Shown here: positions 39,919 to 49,344 of the stretch, in pieces
Layout: the number at the start of each line of letters is the position of its first letter
Position numbering within the stretch: position 1 is the stretch's first letter
Notes under the pieces: model-generated
Databases searched by the model: none
Seen by the model: only the letters and a program-made list of their open reading frames with translations
Told to the model about the DNA's origin: nothing
Position numbers and translations under genes: made by a program
Source of the DNA: a bacterium
Lineage (GTDB): Bacteria > UBA8248
NCBI GenBank assembly: GCA_965204535.1
Contig: CBDBEV010000001.1
Location: 288,001 to 352,000, forward strand
Length of the DNA stretch: 64,000 nucleotides
Direction of reading: 5' to 3'

Positions 39919-40233
39919 ATGTTCTTGACCCTTGCCACGATGGGACTCGCCGTCGCCCTCGTATCGCTCCCCGGTGCAGCGTACGCCCTGGAGGAGAAAC
40001 CCGTCGACGCCCCCCCGCCCGTGGCCGAGAATTGCCGCAACCACTGGGAGAAGAGTTCCGCAAGCCAGACCTGCTCCAACGAGAAAATCGTGAAAGTGAT
40101 GAATTACAGATGCCGCATCACGGCGACGTGCCGGGTGGGCGGCGGTACGAAACGCTCCTGGAAAGTGATGGACCCGGAGGATGCCGCGCGGCTGCTCAAC
40201 TGCAGCGGCTGGCTGAAGGTCGGTAGTTGCTGA
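39919..40233 (+). CDS. Small secreted Cys-rich protein, paralog 3
   Basis: AAGGAG RBS; signal ending AAYA-LEEKP; 6 Cys; LLNCSGWLKVGSC. Confidence 0.85.
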   Translation: MFLTLATMGLAVALVSLPGAAYALEEKPVDAPPPVAENCRNHWEKSSASQTCSNEKIVKVMNYRCRITATCRVGGGTKRSWKVMDPEDAARLLNCSGWLKVGSC

Positions 40234-40413
40234 ACCGCGGGCCGGCGATCATATGGGCGGGGATGGCGGGCCGGGCGCGAAATCCCTGCGGGGCCGGGCA
40301 ACGAACCATGAGAGCCGTCCGGTGCAGGAAGGCGTTAGTTGGGGGTCCGCGAATCCTGCGTACAACTCCTGCGCATCCCGGCGAGTTGCTGTCGAATCCG
40401 GAGAAACACGGTC

Positions 40414-41913
40414 GTGACGACTTTCTCGGCAAAGGCGGCTTCCTGCATCGCCGCGGCCAGCCTGTTCTGCTGTGCGGCCCCGGGGTTCGGAAAAGAGCCC
40501 GAAGGCGATATGACGGAGCATCTCCACCTTTCCCTCGGGGAGGCCGTTTCCCTGGCCATGCGCAACAACCGCGAACTGATCAACGCGCGGCTCGATCGCG
40601 TCGCGGAACGCTTCTCTCTCCGGGTGGCGGAGAACAAGTTCCGTCCGCACGTGACCATCGGCCCCTATATCGAAAAAAGCCGCACCGCGCCGTCCACGGA
40701 CACCGGCGCGGCGGGCGTGTCGTCGAGGGCCACGGTGCGCCTGCCCGCCGGCGGGACATTCAGGGTCACCTGGAGCGGCGGCCGCAGGAGCGGAGGCGCT
40801 TCATCGCAGCCGCGGTATTCGAGCGCGCTGGAGTTCACGTTCACGCAGCCCCTGCTGCGCGGAGCGGGCGCCGGGGTCAACACGGCCTCGGTCAAAACCG
40901 CCCGGCTTGCGGAGGAGATCAATATTCTGGCCCTCAGGCAGACGATCATCGAAGTCGTTTCCTCGGTCGTCGAGAGCTATCGCGATTACATGCAGGCCGA
41001 GCGACGCGTGGAAATCCGGGCCAAGTCCCTCGAGCGCGCCCGTGATCTCCTGAGGGTGAACGAGCTGCTCGTGCAGACCGGCCGGATGGCCGAGCGCGAC
41101 ATCGTGGAGACGCAAGCCGATATCGCCAGCCGCGAGTTGCGTCTGCTCTCGGCGCGGAACAGCCTCGACGCCGCCCGCCTGGCGCTGGCGGACATCCTCG
41201 ACATCGACAGCCGGACCCGGCTCCGGCTTACGGACGCCCTCGCCGGCGCCCTTGAGGAGGAGCCGCCGCGAACCGACGCGGCGGACGGCATCGAGACGGC
41301 CCGTCTGCATCGCCCGGATTACCTGCGGGCGCTTGTGCTCGTCAGGATCGCCGAAATCCGGGCGAAGGTGGCCGCCAACGAACGCCTGTGGGATCTCTCG
41401 GTGGAGTTGTCGACGAAATTCTCCGGTACGGGCAGGACCCCGGGCGCCGCCGCGGGCCGTCTCGACGACACCGACTACGGCGCCCGGCTGTATCTCGGCG
41501 TCCCGATAGGCCGGGCGGCGACGGATCCCGGGAAATACGAACACGTGAAGGCGGCCGTCGCACTCGAGAAGTCCCGCAACGTCCTTGCGAACCTGCGCCA
41601 GCGAATCGACATCGAGGTGAGCAACGCCATCCGGGAAGTGGAACTGTCGGGCCGGCAGGTGGAACTGGCGCGCTCCGCCCGCGAACTCGTGGAGCAGAAG
41701 ACGGAGATCGAAAAGGAAAAGCTGCGCCTGGGGTTGTCGTCGAACTTCCGCCTGGTCGCCTTCGAGGACGATCTGGTGTCGGCCCAGAACAGCGAGCTGG
41801 ACTCGATCATAGCCCATCGGGCCGCCCTGACGGCGCTGGACCGCACCCTGGGCACCACGCTCAAGCGCTGGAACATCGAGGTCGGCGAGGTGGACCGGGA
41901 GGGCGCCCGGTGA
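40414..41913 (+). CDS. TolC-family outer membrane factor
   Basis: LSLGEAVSLAMRNNREL, FTQPLLRG, two coiled-coil repeats, EKEKLRLGLSSNF; start uncertain (GTG 40414 with GGAG). Confidence 0.9.
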   Translation: MTTFSAKAASCIAAASLFCCAAPGFGKEPEGDMTEHLHLSLGEAVSLAMRNNRELINARLDRVAERFSLRVAENKFRPHVTIGPYIEKSRTAPSTDTGAAGVSSRATVRLPAGGTFRVTWSGGRRSGGASSQPRYSSALEFTFTQPLLRGAGAGVNTASVKTARLAEEINILALRQTIIEVVSSVVESYRDYMQAERRVEIRAKSLERARDLLRVNELLVQTGRMAERDIVETQADIASRELRLLSARNSLDAARLALADILDIDSRTRLRLTDALAGALEEEPPRTDAADGIETARLHRPDYLRALVLVRIAEIRAKVAANERLWDLSVELSTKFSGTGRTPGAAAGRLDDTDYGARLYLGVPIGRAATDPGKYEHVKAAVALEKSRNVLANLRQRIDIEVSNAIREVELSGRQVELARSARELVEQKTEIEKEKLRLGLSSNFRLVAFEDDLVSAQNSELDSIIAHRAALTALDRTLGTTLKRWNIEVGEVDREGAR

Positions 41914-43754
41914 GCGGCGAGGAGGACAGGAGGCGAGCGCCCGGGAGCGGCGACCGGTCGTCGTCCGCCGGTCTCATCTACAAGAATGTCCTGGACAACG
42001 TGGCGAGCGGGGTCATATCGCTCGGCGCCGACGGAGTCATCACGAGTTTCAACGCGGCGGCCGCTGAGATCTGCAACATGACGGGCGAGGCGGTGATCGG
42101 CCGCAAGTTCTTCGAGGTCTTCTCCCAGGAAGAAGGCCTGGACGAATTCACCGACGTGATCTTCGACGCCGTCTACGACTCGTCCATGGTCCATCAGCGC
42201 CTGGTGGAGGCGACCCTCGGCGGCAGGACACGCTCCCTGTCCATGGCGACGACGTATCTGAAGCAGGAGCGCGACGGCGAGACCGCCAGGATTGGCGTGG
42301 TCGTGTTGTTCAGCGACATCACCGAGATCAGGGAGTTGCGGGAAACCGAACTTCGTCTGGCCAGGGAGATGGAGGCGAAGCACGCCGAACTCCGGGAAGC
42401 ATATCTGAAACTGGAGGAAACGAGCCGGAAACTGGGCGCGGCCTCGAAGAATATCCGTGTCGTCAGGGCGGGCGCGGTGCTGGCGTTGGTGATGCTGTTC
42501 GCCGCGGTCGGCCTGTACTTCTGGGACGCCGGCATGGACGCCGGCCCGCCGGCCGGAAGCGGAGCCGCCGTCCCGGCTCCGCCCGCCCCGGAAGATCTCC
42601 GGCTTCTGGTGGTCGAGCCGCGGCGCATTTCCTCGACCGTCACCATTCTCGGGCGGCTCGCGCCGAGACGGGAGGTCGAGGTCGTCAGCCCGATGCAGGG
42701 CAAGGTGGGTGCGGTGCACGTCCGGCCGGGCCAACGAGTGGCCAAGGGCCAGCGACTGCTGGACATGGACGTTGCCGAGGTTCGGATCAGCCATCGCGAG
42801 GCGCAGGTCGCCCATATCAAGGCGCGCGACCGGGTCGAGGAGCTGAAGGACTGGTCCAATCACGCCGAAGTATCACGCGCCCGGAGGGCCGTGAGCAAGA
42901 GGAGGATCGCGCTGGAGTCTCTGAAGAGCCGGCTCTCGGAAACCGCCTTCCTGCTGAAGCGGGGCATCATCCCGGCGTCGGAGCACGAGGCGGCCGAGCG
43001 GGAGCACCGCAACCAGTTGCTGGACCTCCAGGCGGCGGAGATGGACCTCGAGGCGGTCCTGGCAAGGGGCGCCGCCGAACTCGACGTGGCGCGGCTGGAA
43101 CTGGACAACGCGCGCGCCCGGCTGAAGCGCCTGGAGGAAATCCTGGGCAAGGCGAGGGTGACCGCACCGGCGACCGGGGTAATCCTGCATTCGAAGGGAG
43201 GAAAAGCCGGGGATGGGGGCGAGGAGAACGACAAGCTGGCGAGAGGCGCGTTCGTCGAGCGGGGAGACCTGGTGCTGACGATCGGCGACCTCGAGGGCCT
43301 GACGGTCATCGGCCATGTGGACGAGGTGGACGTAACGCGCATCCGCCCGGGCCAACCGGCCAGGGTCGTGGGCGACGCCTTTCCCGGCGTCGTGCTGCGC
43401 GGCGAGGTCAACCGCGTTTCTTCGCAAGCCATCCTCCCCGCCGCCGGCCGCAGGGGACTGCCGACTTTCGAGGTCGCCGCCGTCGTGGAGTCCCTGACGG
43501 AGGAGGTGCGCCGGCTGCTGCGCCTGGGCATGTCCGCCAGGGCCGAGGTGGTCGTCTACGAAAAGGAGAACGCATTGCTGATTCCCGTCGGGGCGGTGGA
43601 GTTGCAGGACGGCCGGCCCTGGCTGTGGGTCAGGGACCGCGGCTCCGGCGAGGCCAGGGCGGTCGAGGTGGTCACCGGCATGACCACCGTGGACTCGGTC
43701 GAGATCATCGACGGGATATCTCCCGGCGATGAAATCCTGATCGGAGGTCGATAA
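41910..43754 (+). CDS. MacA-like periplasmic adaptor with N-terminal PAS domain
   Basis: GTGA overlap with tolC stop; PAS (VLDNVASGVI..DGVITSFN.AA..I); coiled coil; TM; SPMQGKV..V.PGQRV.KG, APATGVI, VDEVDV.RI.PGQ, LRLGMSA. Confidence 0.88.
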   Translation: MSGEEDRRRAPGSGDRSSSAGLIYKNVLDNVASGVISLGADGVITSFNAAAAEICNMTGEAVIGRKFFEVFSQEEGLDEFTDVIFDAVYDSSMVHQRLVEATLGGRTRSLSMATTYLKQERDGETARIGVVVLFSDITEIRELRETELRLAREMEAKHAELREAYLKLEETSRKLGAASKNIRVVRAGAVLALVMLFAAVGLYFWDAGMDAGPPAGSGAAVPAPPAPEDLRLLVVEPRRISSTVTILGRLAPRREVEVVSPMQGKVGAVHVRPGQRVAKGQRLLDMDVAEVRISHREAQVAHIKARDRVEELKDWSNHAEVSRARRAVSKRRIALESLKSRLSETAFLLKRGIIPASEHEAAEREHRNQLLDLQAAEMDLEAVLARGAAELDVARLELDNARARLKRLEEILGKARVTAPATGVILHSKGGKAGDGGEENDKLARGAFVERGDLVLTIGDLEGLTVIGHVDEVDVTRIRPGQPARVVGDAFPGVVLRGEVNRVSSQAILPAAGRRGLPTFEVAAVVESLTEEVRRLLRLGMSARAEVVVYEKENALLIPVGAVELQDGRPWLWVRDRGSGEARAVEVVTGMTTVDSVEIIDGISPGDEILIGGR

Positions 43755-43757
43755 GCG

Positions 43758-44501
43758 ATGAACGAAGGAAACGGCGAAGCGCACCCGGAGATCATGCTGA
43801 GCCTGGTCGATATCCGCAAGAGCTATGCCACGGGGCCAATCGAGACGGAGATACTCCGGGAAATCAGGCTTGACGTGTACAAGGGCGATCTTTTGTCGAT
43901 CATGGGGCCGTCGGGCTGCGGCAAATCAACGCTGATGAACATCATCGGCCTTCTCGACCGGCCGACCTCCGGCTCCTACTTCCTCAAGGGGCGCGAGATC
44001 GGCGCGATGAGCGACGCCGAACTGTCCGCCCTGCGCAACGCCAGCATCGGCTTCGTTTTCCAGTCGTTCCATCTGCTTCCGCGCCTGACGGCCTGGGAGA
44101 ACGTCGCCGTTCCGCTGGTGTATCGGGGCGCAGGCGCGGCAATCATGCGGCGCCGGGCCCGCGAAATGCTCGAGAAGGTGGGCATGGGGGACCGCGCAGG
44201 CCATCGGCCCGCCGAGCTTTCCGGAGGCCAGCGGCAGCGCGTCGCCATCGCGCGGGCGCTGGTGGGCGAACCGGATATCCTGTTGGCCGACGAACCCACC
44301 GGCGCCCTGGACGCGGATACAGGCGGCGAGATCATGGGGCTGTTCGCCGGATTGAACGCCGATGAGGGGCTCACCGCCATTATCATCACCCATGACCGGG
44401 ATGTTGCCCGCCGGTGCGCGAGGCGCACCCGGATTCTCGACGGCGTACTGAGCGAAGCGGCGCTTCCGGCGGAGCGGGCCTCCGCCCCCGGCGCGCCGTG
44501 A
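43758..44501 (+). CDS. ABC ATPase (MacB/LolD type)
   Basis: GPSGCGKST, LSGGQRQRVAIARAL, LADEPTGALD, ITHD. Confidence 0.96.
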   Translation: MNEGNGEAHPEIMLSLVDIRKSYATGPIETEILREIRLDVYKGDLLSIMGPSGCGKSTLMNIIGLLDRPTSGSYFLKGREIGAMSDAELSALRNASIGFVFQSFHLLPRLTAWENVAVPLVYRGAGAAIMRRRAREMLEKVGMGDRAGHRPAELSGGQRQRVAIARALVGEPDILLADEPTGALDADTGGEIMGLFAGLNADEGLTAIIITHDRDVARRCARRTRILDGVLSEAALPAERASAPGAP

Positions 44502-44504
44502 TCG

Positions 44505-45701
44505 GTGAGCTGGATGATTGTTCTCCTCAAGGCCAATCTGAAAGAAGCGGCGAGCAGCCTGGCCACCGCCCGCCAGCGCAGCCTGCTCGCACTGCTCGGC
44601 ATCGTGATCGGCGTCGGTTCGGTGATCGCGATGGTTTCGGTGGGGGTAATCGTCAGGGGCGAGGCTCTCAAGCAGTTCCAGGAACTGGGCACGGACATTC
44701 TGACCATCCGCCTCCGGCGCGGGAGCCCCGGGACAGGCCCTCTCCGCCTTGCCCCGCGCGACGCCCTCGGGGTTGCGGCGCTTCCCGCCATCGCAGCGGC
44801 GGCGCCCTACGCGCTCTCGTACGGACAGGCCTCCCTCGCCGGCAAGTCGGTGAAGGATGTAATGCTCATCGGCGCCACCGCCGCCCTCGCCGACCTCAAC
44901 AAGCTTCGGGTCGAGGCGGGCAGGTACATTTCCGATCTCGACCACCACCGGTATTTCTGCGTGGTCGGGGCGCAGGTCGCCTCGGACATGCGCGAAGCCG
45001 GCTTCAAACGCATCGTCGGCGAGACCATCAAGGTGGACGGCGCCGTTTATACCGTCGTGGGCATGCTGCGGCGAGCCTCGCGGGGTATGCGTCGCTTCGA
45101 TGCGAACCGCTCGATCATCATCCCCGTCTCGACGGCGCAGCGGGTGTTTCGCCAGCCCGAAATCAGCAACGTCACGGCGCGCATGAGTCCCGGAGCGCAC
45201 CATGTGGCGGCGACGAGGGAGGTCGAAGGATATTTCCGGCGCAAAGCGCCCGGTTTCGAGGTCCACGTGCGAAGCGCCGAGCAATTGATCGAGCAGATGC
45301 ACAAGCAGATGCGGCTGTTCGCGCTGCTGCTGGGATCTGTGGGGGGCATCTCGCTTCTCACCGGCGGGATAGGGGTCATGAACGTCATGCTCGTGTCGGT
45401 GAGCGAGCGGCGTCTGGAGATCGGCATCCGGCGCGCTCTCGGTGCGCGCCGCACGGACATCCAGAGCCAGTTCCTGATCGAATCGCTCATGCTGTCACTG
45501 GCCGGCGGCATGGTCGGTACCGCCGCGGGGATCGGGGCGACCTGGGCGATCTGCCAGTTCACGGGCTGGACGTTCCTGATCTCGGCGGCGGCCATGGGCC
45601 TCGGGGTGGGCGTGGCCGGCGCCGCCGGCGTGTTCTTCGGGTTCTATCCCGCATTGCAGGCGGCCAGGCTCGATCCTGTAGCGGCGTTGCGCGGGACATA
45701 G
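44505..45701 (+). CDS. MacB/FtsX-family ABC permease
   Basis: RSLL.LLGIVIGVGSVIAM, GGIGVMNVMLVSV.ER..EIGIR.ALGA, PA..AARLDPV.ALR. Confidence 0.95.
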   Translation: MSWMIVLLKANLKEAASSLATARQRSLLALLGIVIGVGSVIAMVSVGVIVRGEALKQFQELGTDILTIRLRRGSPGTGPLRLAPRDALGVAALPAIAAAAPYALSYGQASLAGKSVKDVMLIGATAALADLNKLRVEAGRYISDLDHHRYFCVVGAQVASDMREAGFKRIVGETIKVDGAVYTVVGMLRRASRGMRRFDANRSIIIPVSTAQRVFRQPEISNVTARMSPGAHHVAATREVEGYFRRKAPGFEVHVRSAEQLIEQMHKQMRLFALLLGSVGGISLLTGGIGVMNVMLVSVSERRLEIGIRRALGARRTDIQSQFLIESLMLSLAGGMVGTAAGIGATWAICQFTGWTFLISAAAMGLGVGVAGAAGVFFGFYPALQAARLDPVAALRGT

Positions 45702-45915
45702 CCGGACGGGACACCGGGCGACGGGCTTCGCCCTATCCGGCGGACGCGGTTGGCCACGTTCCGGGAAACTTCCCCGAGTGGCGCTTTGCGTTACGGCGGT
45801 GTTGCCGTCGCATAAATTTGTTGACCACCCAGGACCTGACGCCTGGTTTTTATAGCCGAAGGCCCATACTGCTCACGTACATTCAGTACAAGTCCCATGG
45901 AGAAGGGGAAATCAC

Positions 45916-46251
45916 ATGTCTTTTACCAACCCTGGCGTAAAAACCTTTTTGCTTTGCATTTGCGTTGTATCGTTCATCGTCGTTGCCTATGCGGTTCCCG
46001 TCTCTGCCGGGAGCGAAAAGCCCAAACCTTCCGTAGTCGACAGATGCCGCGAAAACTATTCCAAAAGTCCGGCATCGAAGGTTTGCGTCAGAGAAAAATT
46101 CGAGAAGGTGAACGAACGGTGTCGGGTGACTGCCCATTGTCCGACTCGCCTGGGCGATTGGTGGCCGTTCAATACGCGGATAGTGGTAGTTCCGGAAGAT
46201 GCTTCCAACCTGCGCAATTGCAACACCAAGCTCAAGGCGACGGCTTGCTGA
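45916..46251 (+). CDS. Small secreted Cys-rich protein, paralog 4
   Basis: Signal ending VSA-GSEKP; 6 Cys in the mature part; LRNCNTKLKATAC; AAGGGG..TCACATG start context shared with paralog 1. Confidence 0.85.
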   Translation: MSFTNPGVKTFLLCICVVSFIVVAYAVPVSAGSEKPKPSVVDRCRENYSKSPASKVCVREKFEKVNERCRVTAHCPTRLGDWWPFNTRIVVVPEDASNLRNCNTKLKATAC

Positions 46252-46320
46252 TGCCAGGTTATGGTGAAAGCAAAATGCTCCAGATGAAACTGCACCCTAT
46301 CGTAACGCGCGGAACGGGGG

Positions 46321-47925
46321 TTGGGGAGCGGCGCGGCCGGGGCCCTCACTCTTGTCCATCTCGCCGACAGGGTGGCAGGGGCGGACGTGCCGATTCGCTT
46401 TGACGAGCCGGCGCGTGGTTCACGTGCGCTCGCCGCCGCCCTCGGCGCCCTGGCTGCGGCGGCGTTGCCGCCGGTCCATGCCGTGCCGTTGCTGCTTGTC
46501 TCCTTCACCGGCCTCGTCCGGCTGATCCACACGAGCCCCTCGCCGTGGCGCGCCGCAGCCGTGGCCTGGTGGTTCGGCCTCGCCCATTTCATCGCGGGCC
46601 TCTACTGGATCGGCCCGGCCCTGCTCACCGGCCCCGCGCGCTTCGGCTGGCTGTCCGCACCCGCGGCGATCGGCCTCGCGGTGGTCCTCGCCGTATATCC
46701 GGCGCTCGCCGCTTTCACGGCGCGGTTGCTTCCGCTGGCCATCGCCGGCCGCGTGCTCGCTTTCGCCATCGCCTGGACGGCTGCGGAGTGGCTGCGCGGC
46801 AACGTCCTGACGGGCTTCCCGATGAACCTCATGGGCACGGTCTGGGCGCCCTCGATCGCCATGCTCCAGTTCACCGCGCTTGCCGGGGCCTATGGCTTGG
46901 GGTTCGTGACCGTTCTCGCCGCAGCCGCCCCCGCGGCGCTGTCCCTCCCTCCCCGGAGCGGACGTTCCTGGGCGCTGCCTGCGGCGGCGTTCGGACTGCT
47001 GGCTGCGGTCTGGGCGGGCGGAGAGCTCCGCCTCGCGCTCGCCCCCGATTCGCCGCCCACCGGCACAAGCCTGCGCCTCGTATCGGTCAATATCGATCAG
47101 AGGATCAAATGGCGGGACGACATGCGCATGGCGGCGCTGACGCGCTACGTCGAACTCTCGCGCCGGCCGGGGTTCGAGGCAACCGACCTGGTGATCTGGC
47201 CGGAGACGACGGTGACCTTCTACCTGGCCGAGCGAGCGCCGCTTCGCGCCCGCCTCTCCCGTGCCGCACCGCCGGGCGGCCACCTCGTGACCGGGTCGCT
47301 GCGGCGCATCCGCTCAAAGGAGCTCCCTACCGTCTTCTGGAACAGCCTCCACGCACTGACGCCTGCGGGCGACATCGCTGCGACGTATGACAAGCACCAT
47401 CTGGTGCCTTTCGCGGAGTACAACCCGCTGAGCGCGATCCTCCCCCTGCCAATCCTCGTCGGCGGGGCGAACGACTACTCCGCCGGGCCGGGGCCGCGCA
47501 CCCTGCGCCTGCCCGGCCTGCCGCCCTTCAGCCCGCTGATCTGCTACGAGGCGATCTTCCCCGGCGCGGCGGTGGCCGCCGGTGGGCCGGCGCAGGAGCG
47601 GCCGAGATGGCTGCTCAACATCACCAACGATGCCTGGTTCAGGCGCACGTCCGGGATCTGGCAGCACTTCGAGGCGGTCCGCCTGCGGGCGGTCGAGGAG
47701 GGCTTGCCGATGGTGCGTGTGGCGAACGCCGGCATCTCCGCCGTCGTCGACGCCTACGGCCGCGTGAGGGGCCGGCTCGGGCCGGACGAGGCCGGCGTGT
47801 TCGACTCCCCCTTGCCGCCGGCGCTCGCAGCGCCGCCGCCGCAGGCCAGGCTCGGCGGCTGGTCTCTCGTAATCCTTCTGCTTCTCGCCACGGCGGCCCT
47901 GCCCGCGCTCGGCCCGCAGCGATGA
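46321..47925 (+). CDS. lnt: Apolipoprotein N-acyltransferase (Lnt family)
   Basis: Multiple TMs, EWLRG...GFPM, triad WPE / YDKHHLVPF.EY / ICYE, NITNDAWF; start uncertain. Confidence 0.92.
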   Translation: MGSGAAGALTLVHLADRVAGADVPIRFDEPARGSRALAAALGALAAAALPPVHAVPLLLVSFTGLVRLIHTSPSPWRAAAVAWWFGLAHFIAGLYWIGPALLTGPARFGWLSAPAAIGLAVVLAVYPALAAFTARLLPLAIAGRVLAFAIAWTAAEWLRGNVLTGFPMNLMGTVWAPSIAMLQFTALAGAYGLGFVTVLAAAAPAALSLPPRSGRSWALPAAAFGLLAAVWAGGELRLALAPDSPPTGTSLRLVSVNIDQRIKWRDDMRMAALTRYVELSRRPGFEATDLVIWPETTVTFYLAERAPLRARLSRAAPPGGHLVTGSLRRIRSKELPTVFWNSLHALTPAGDIAATYDKHHLVPFAEYNPLSAILPLPILVGGANDYSAGPGPRTLRLPGLPPFSPLICYEAIFPGAAVAAGGPAQERPRWLLNITNDAWFRRTSGIWQHFEAVRLRAVEEGLPMVRVANAGISAVVDAYGRVRGRLGPDEAGVFDSPLPPALAAPPPQARLGGWSLVILLLLATAALPALGPQR

Positions 47926-48264
47926 CCGCCGCCCTGGGCGTGCAATACGACCTGGCCGGGTTCCGCCCCGCTCCTTCCCGGCGCCGGCGGACCGGCTTCA
48001 AGGAAGCCGGACGCTGAATGGATGCCCGGATTTGCCTGTCCGTCTGGCCTGAGAGTTTCATCGGGAGATGAAGGGTGGCATTGCCGGCCATGACGGCTGC
48101 CGCCCCGGTCAATAGAAAAAATCGTCTGTATGCGCAGGCGGATTGCGGAGCTTGAGCCCTCCGGCGAACCGGAATATCATCGCCATGCTCACCCGGGCGC
48201 AGACATGCAATGCCGTGCTCGCGATCGAGTCGTCGCGTTGCGATAGTGTCGACAACCACTCTTC

Positions 48265-48326
48265 ATTGAATTCTTGAATAGAATAAATATACTCCGTAGT
48301 TTATATGGTTATTGAATTCTTGAATA
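48265..48326 (+). promoter_or_regulatory. Direct-repeat operator candidate upstream of the MipA-like gene
   Basis: ATTGAATTCTTGAATA exactly repeated at 48265-48280 and 48311-48326. Confidence 0.55.
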
Positions 48327-48395
48327 CATATTATCGAAACAACCGGCGCCCATGTTTATCGGCGCCGGATACCTGTAGCTTTTTGGAGTCGAAAC

Positions 48396-49220
48396 TTGAG
48401 AAGAAATGACACGGCGAAGAAATTTTCGCCAATCCTGTGCCTGATCTTCTTGTTCGCCTGGTTTATTTGCGCCGAAACCGGAGAAGGAAGCGATTGGGAT
48501 ATCCGCATCGGTCTGGGCGCAATATACGATGCGAAGTATGAAGGTTCCGATGAGATGAAAGCGCGGGCTCTTCCCCTGATAGATGTTACCTGGAAAGACC
48601 TGGTTTTTCTCAACTCGCGCGAGGGTTTGGGCGTGCGCGTTTTCGACGACCACAACCTCACGGTCAGCGTCGGGGTGGGGTATGTGTTCGGCAGGGATGA
48701 ATCGGACAGCAACGACCTGAGAGGCATGGGTGATATCGATGACGCCGCTGCCGCCAACCTCAAAATAAAATATGTCATCGGACCGGTTGCGCCCTACATC
48801 GGCGCTTCCAGACATTTGGGAGATGTCGACGGGACTTTGGTGGAGGCAGGCGTCGGGGGCATCGTGCCGCTGGCTCTGATAACCGGAGGGATGGATTCGC
48901 CGGGCATGGGTGCCGGCGGGCTGAAAGGACCGGCGCTGCAACTCGGCGTATCCGCAACCTGGGCGGACGGCGACTATATGGAAGGCTACTTTGGCGTGAA
49001 TCCGGTTCAGTCTTCGCGTTCGGGTTATGCCCGATATCACCCCGAGTCCGGATTCAAATCGGTGGACTTCAGGTTCGGCGTCATCTATCTGTTTGCGGAA
49101 AACTGGGCGGTGAACGCCCGGGGCGGGTACTCACGATTGCTCGGCGATGCCGCCGACAGTCCAATCGTCAAAGACGATGACCGGTTTTCCGGCGGTTTGT
49201 TTCTGTCTTACCGTTTCTGA
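48396..49220 (+). CDS. MipA/OmpV-family outer membrane protein
   Basis: YEGSD....P, LRGMGDID, WAD.DYM..YFGV...QS..SG..Y, RL.GDAADSPIV, terminal YRF. Confidence 0.92.
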   Translation: MRRNDTAKKFSPILCLIFLFAWFICAETGEGSDWDIRIGLGAIYDAKYEGSDEMKARALPLIDVTWKDLVFLNSREGLGVRVFDDHNLTVSVGVGYVFGRDESDSNDLRGMGDIDDAAAANLKIKYVIGPVAPYIGASRHLGDVDGTLVEAGVGGIVPLALITGGMDSPGMGAGGLKGPALQLGVSATWADGDYMEGYFGVNPVQSSRSGYARYHPESGFKSVDFRFGVIYLFAENWAVNARGGYSRLLGDAADSPIVKDDDRFSGGLFLSYRF

Positions 49221-49344
49221 CGCTTCGGGGATTTTTCCTGCAGAACCTTCATTTCATCGCGCCGGGCGCTCGTCCTTTCCTTATGTTCGCGCGCCTCCAT
49301 ACGTTATCGAGTCGCGGACGGATTACCCCCGTTTCGGCCTCCGT

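Noticed and set aside
41388-41909. N-terminal extension of the 788-aa ORF
   Set aside because: Overlaps tolC in another frame; the coupled GTG at 41910 is the more plausible start
38900-46251. RiPP/bacteriocin precursors with a peptidase-containing T1SS
   Set aside because: Leaders are Sec-type, not double-glycine; no C39 peptidase or modifying enzymes; the exporter is MacB-type
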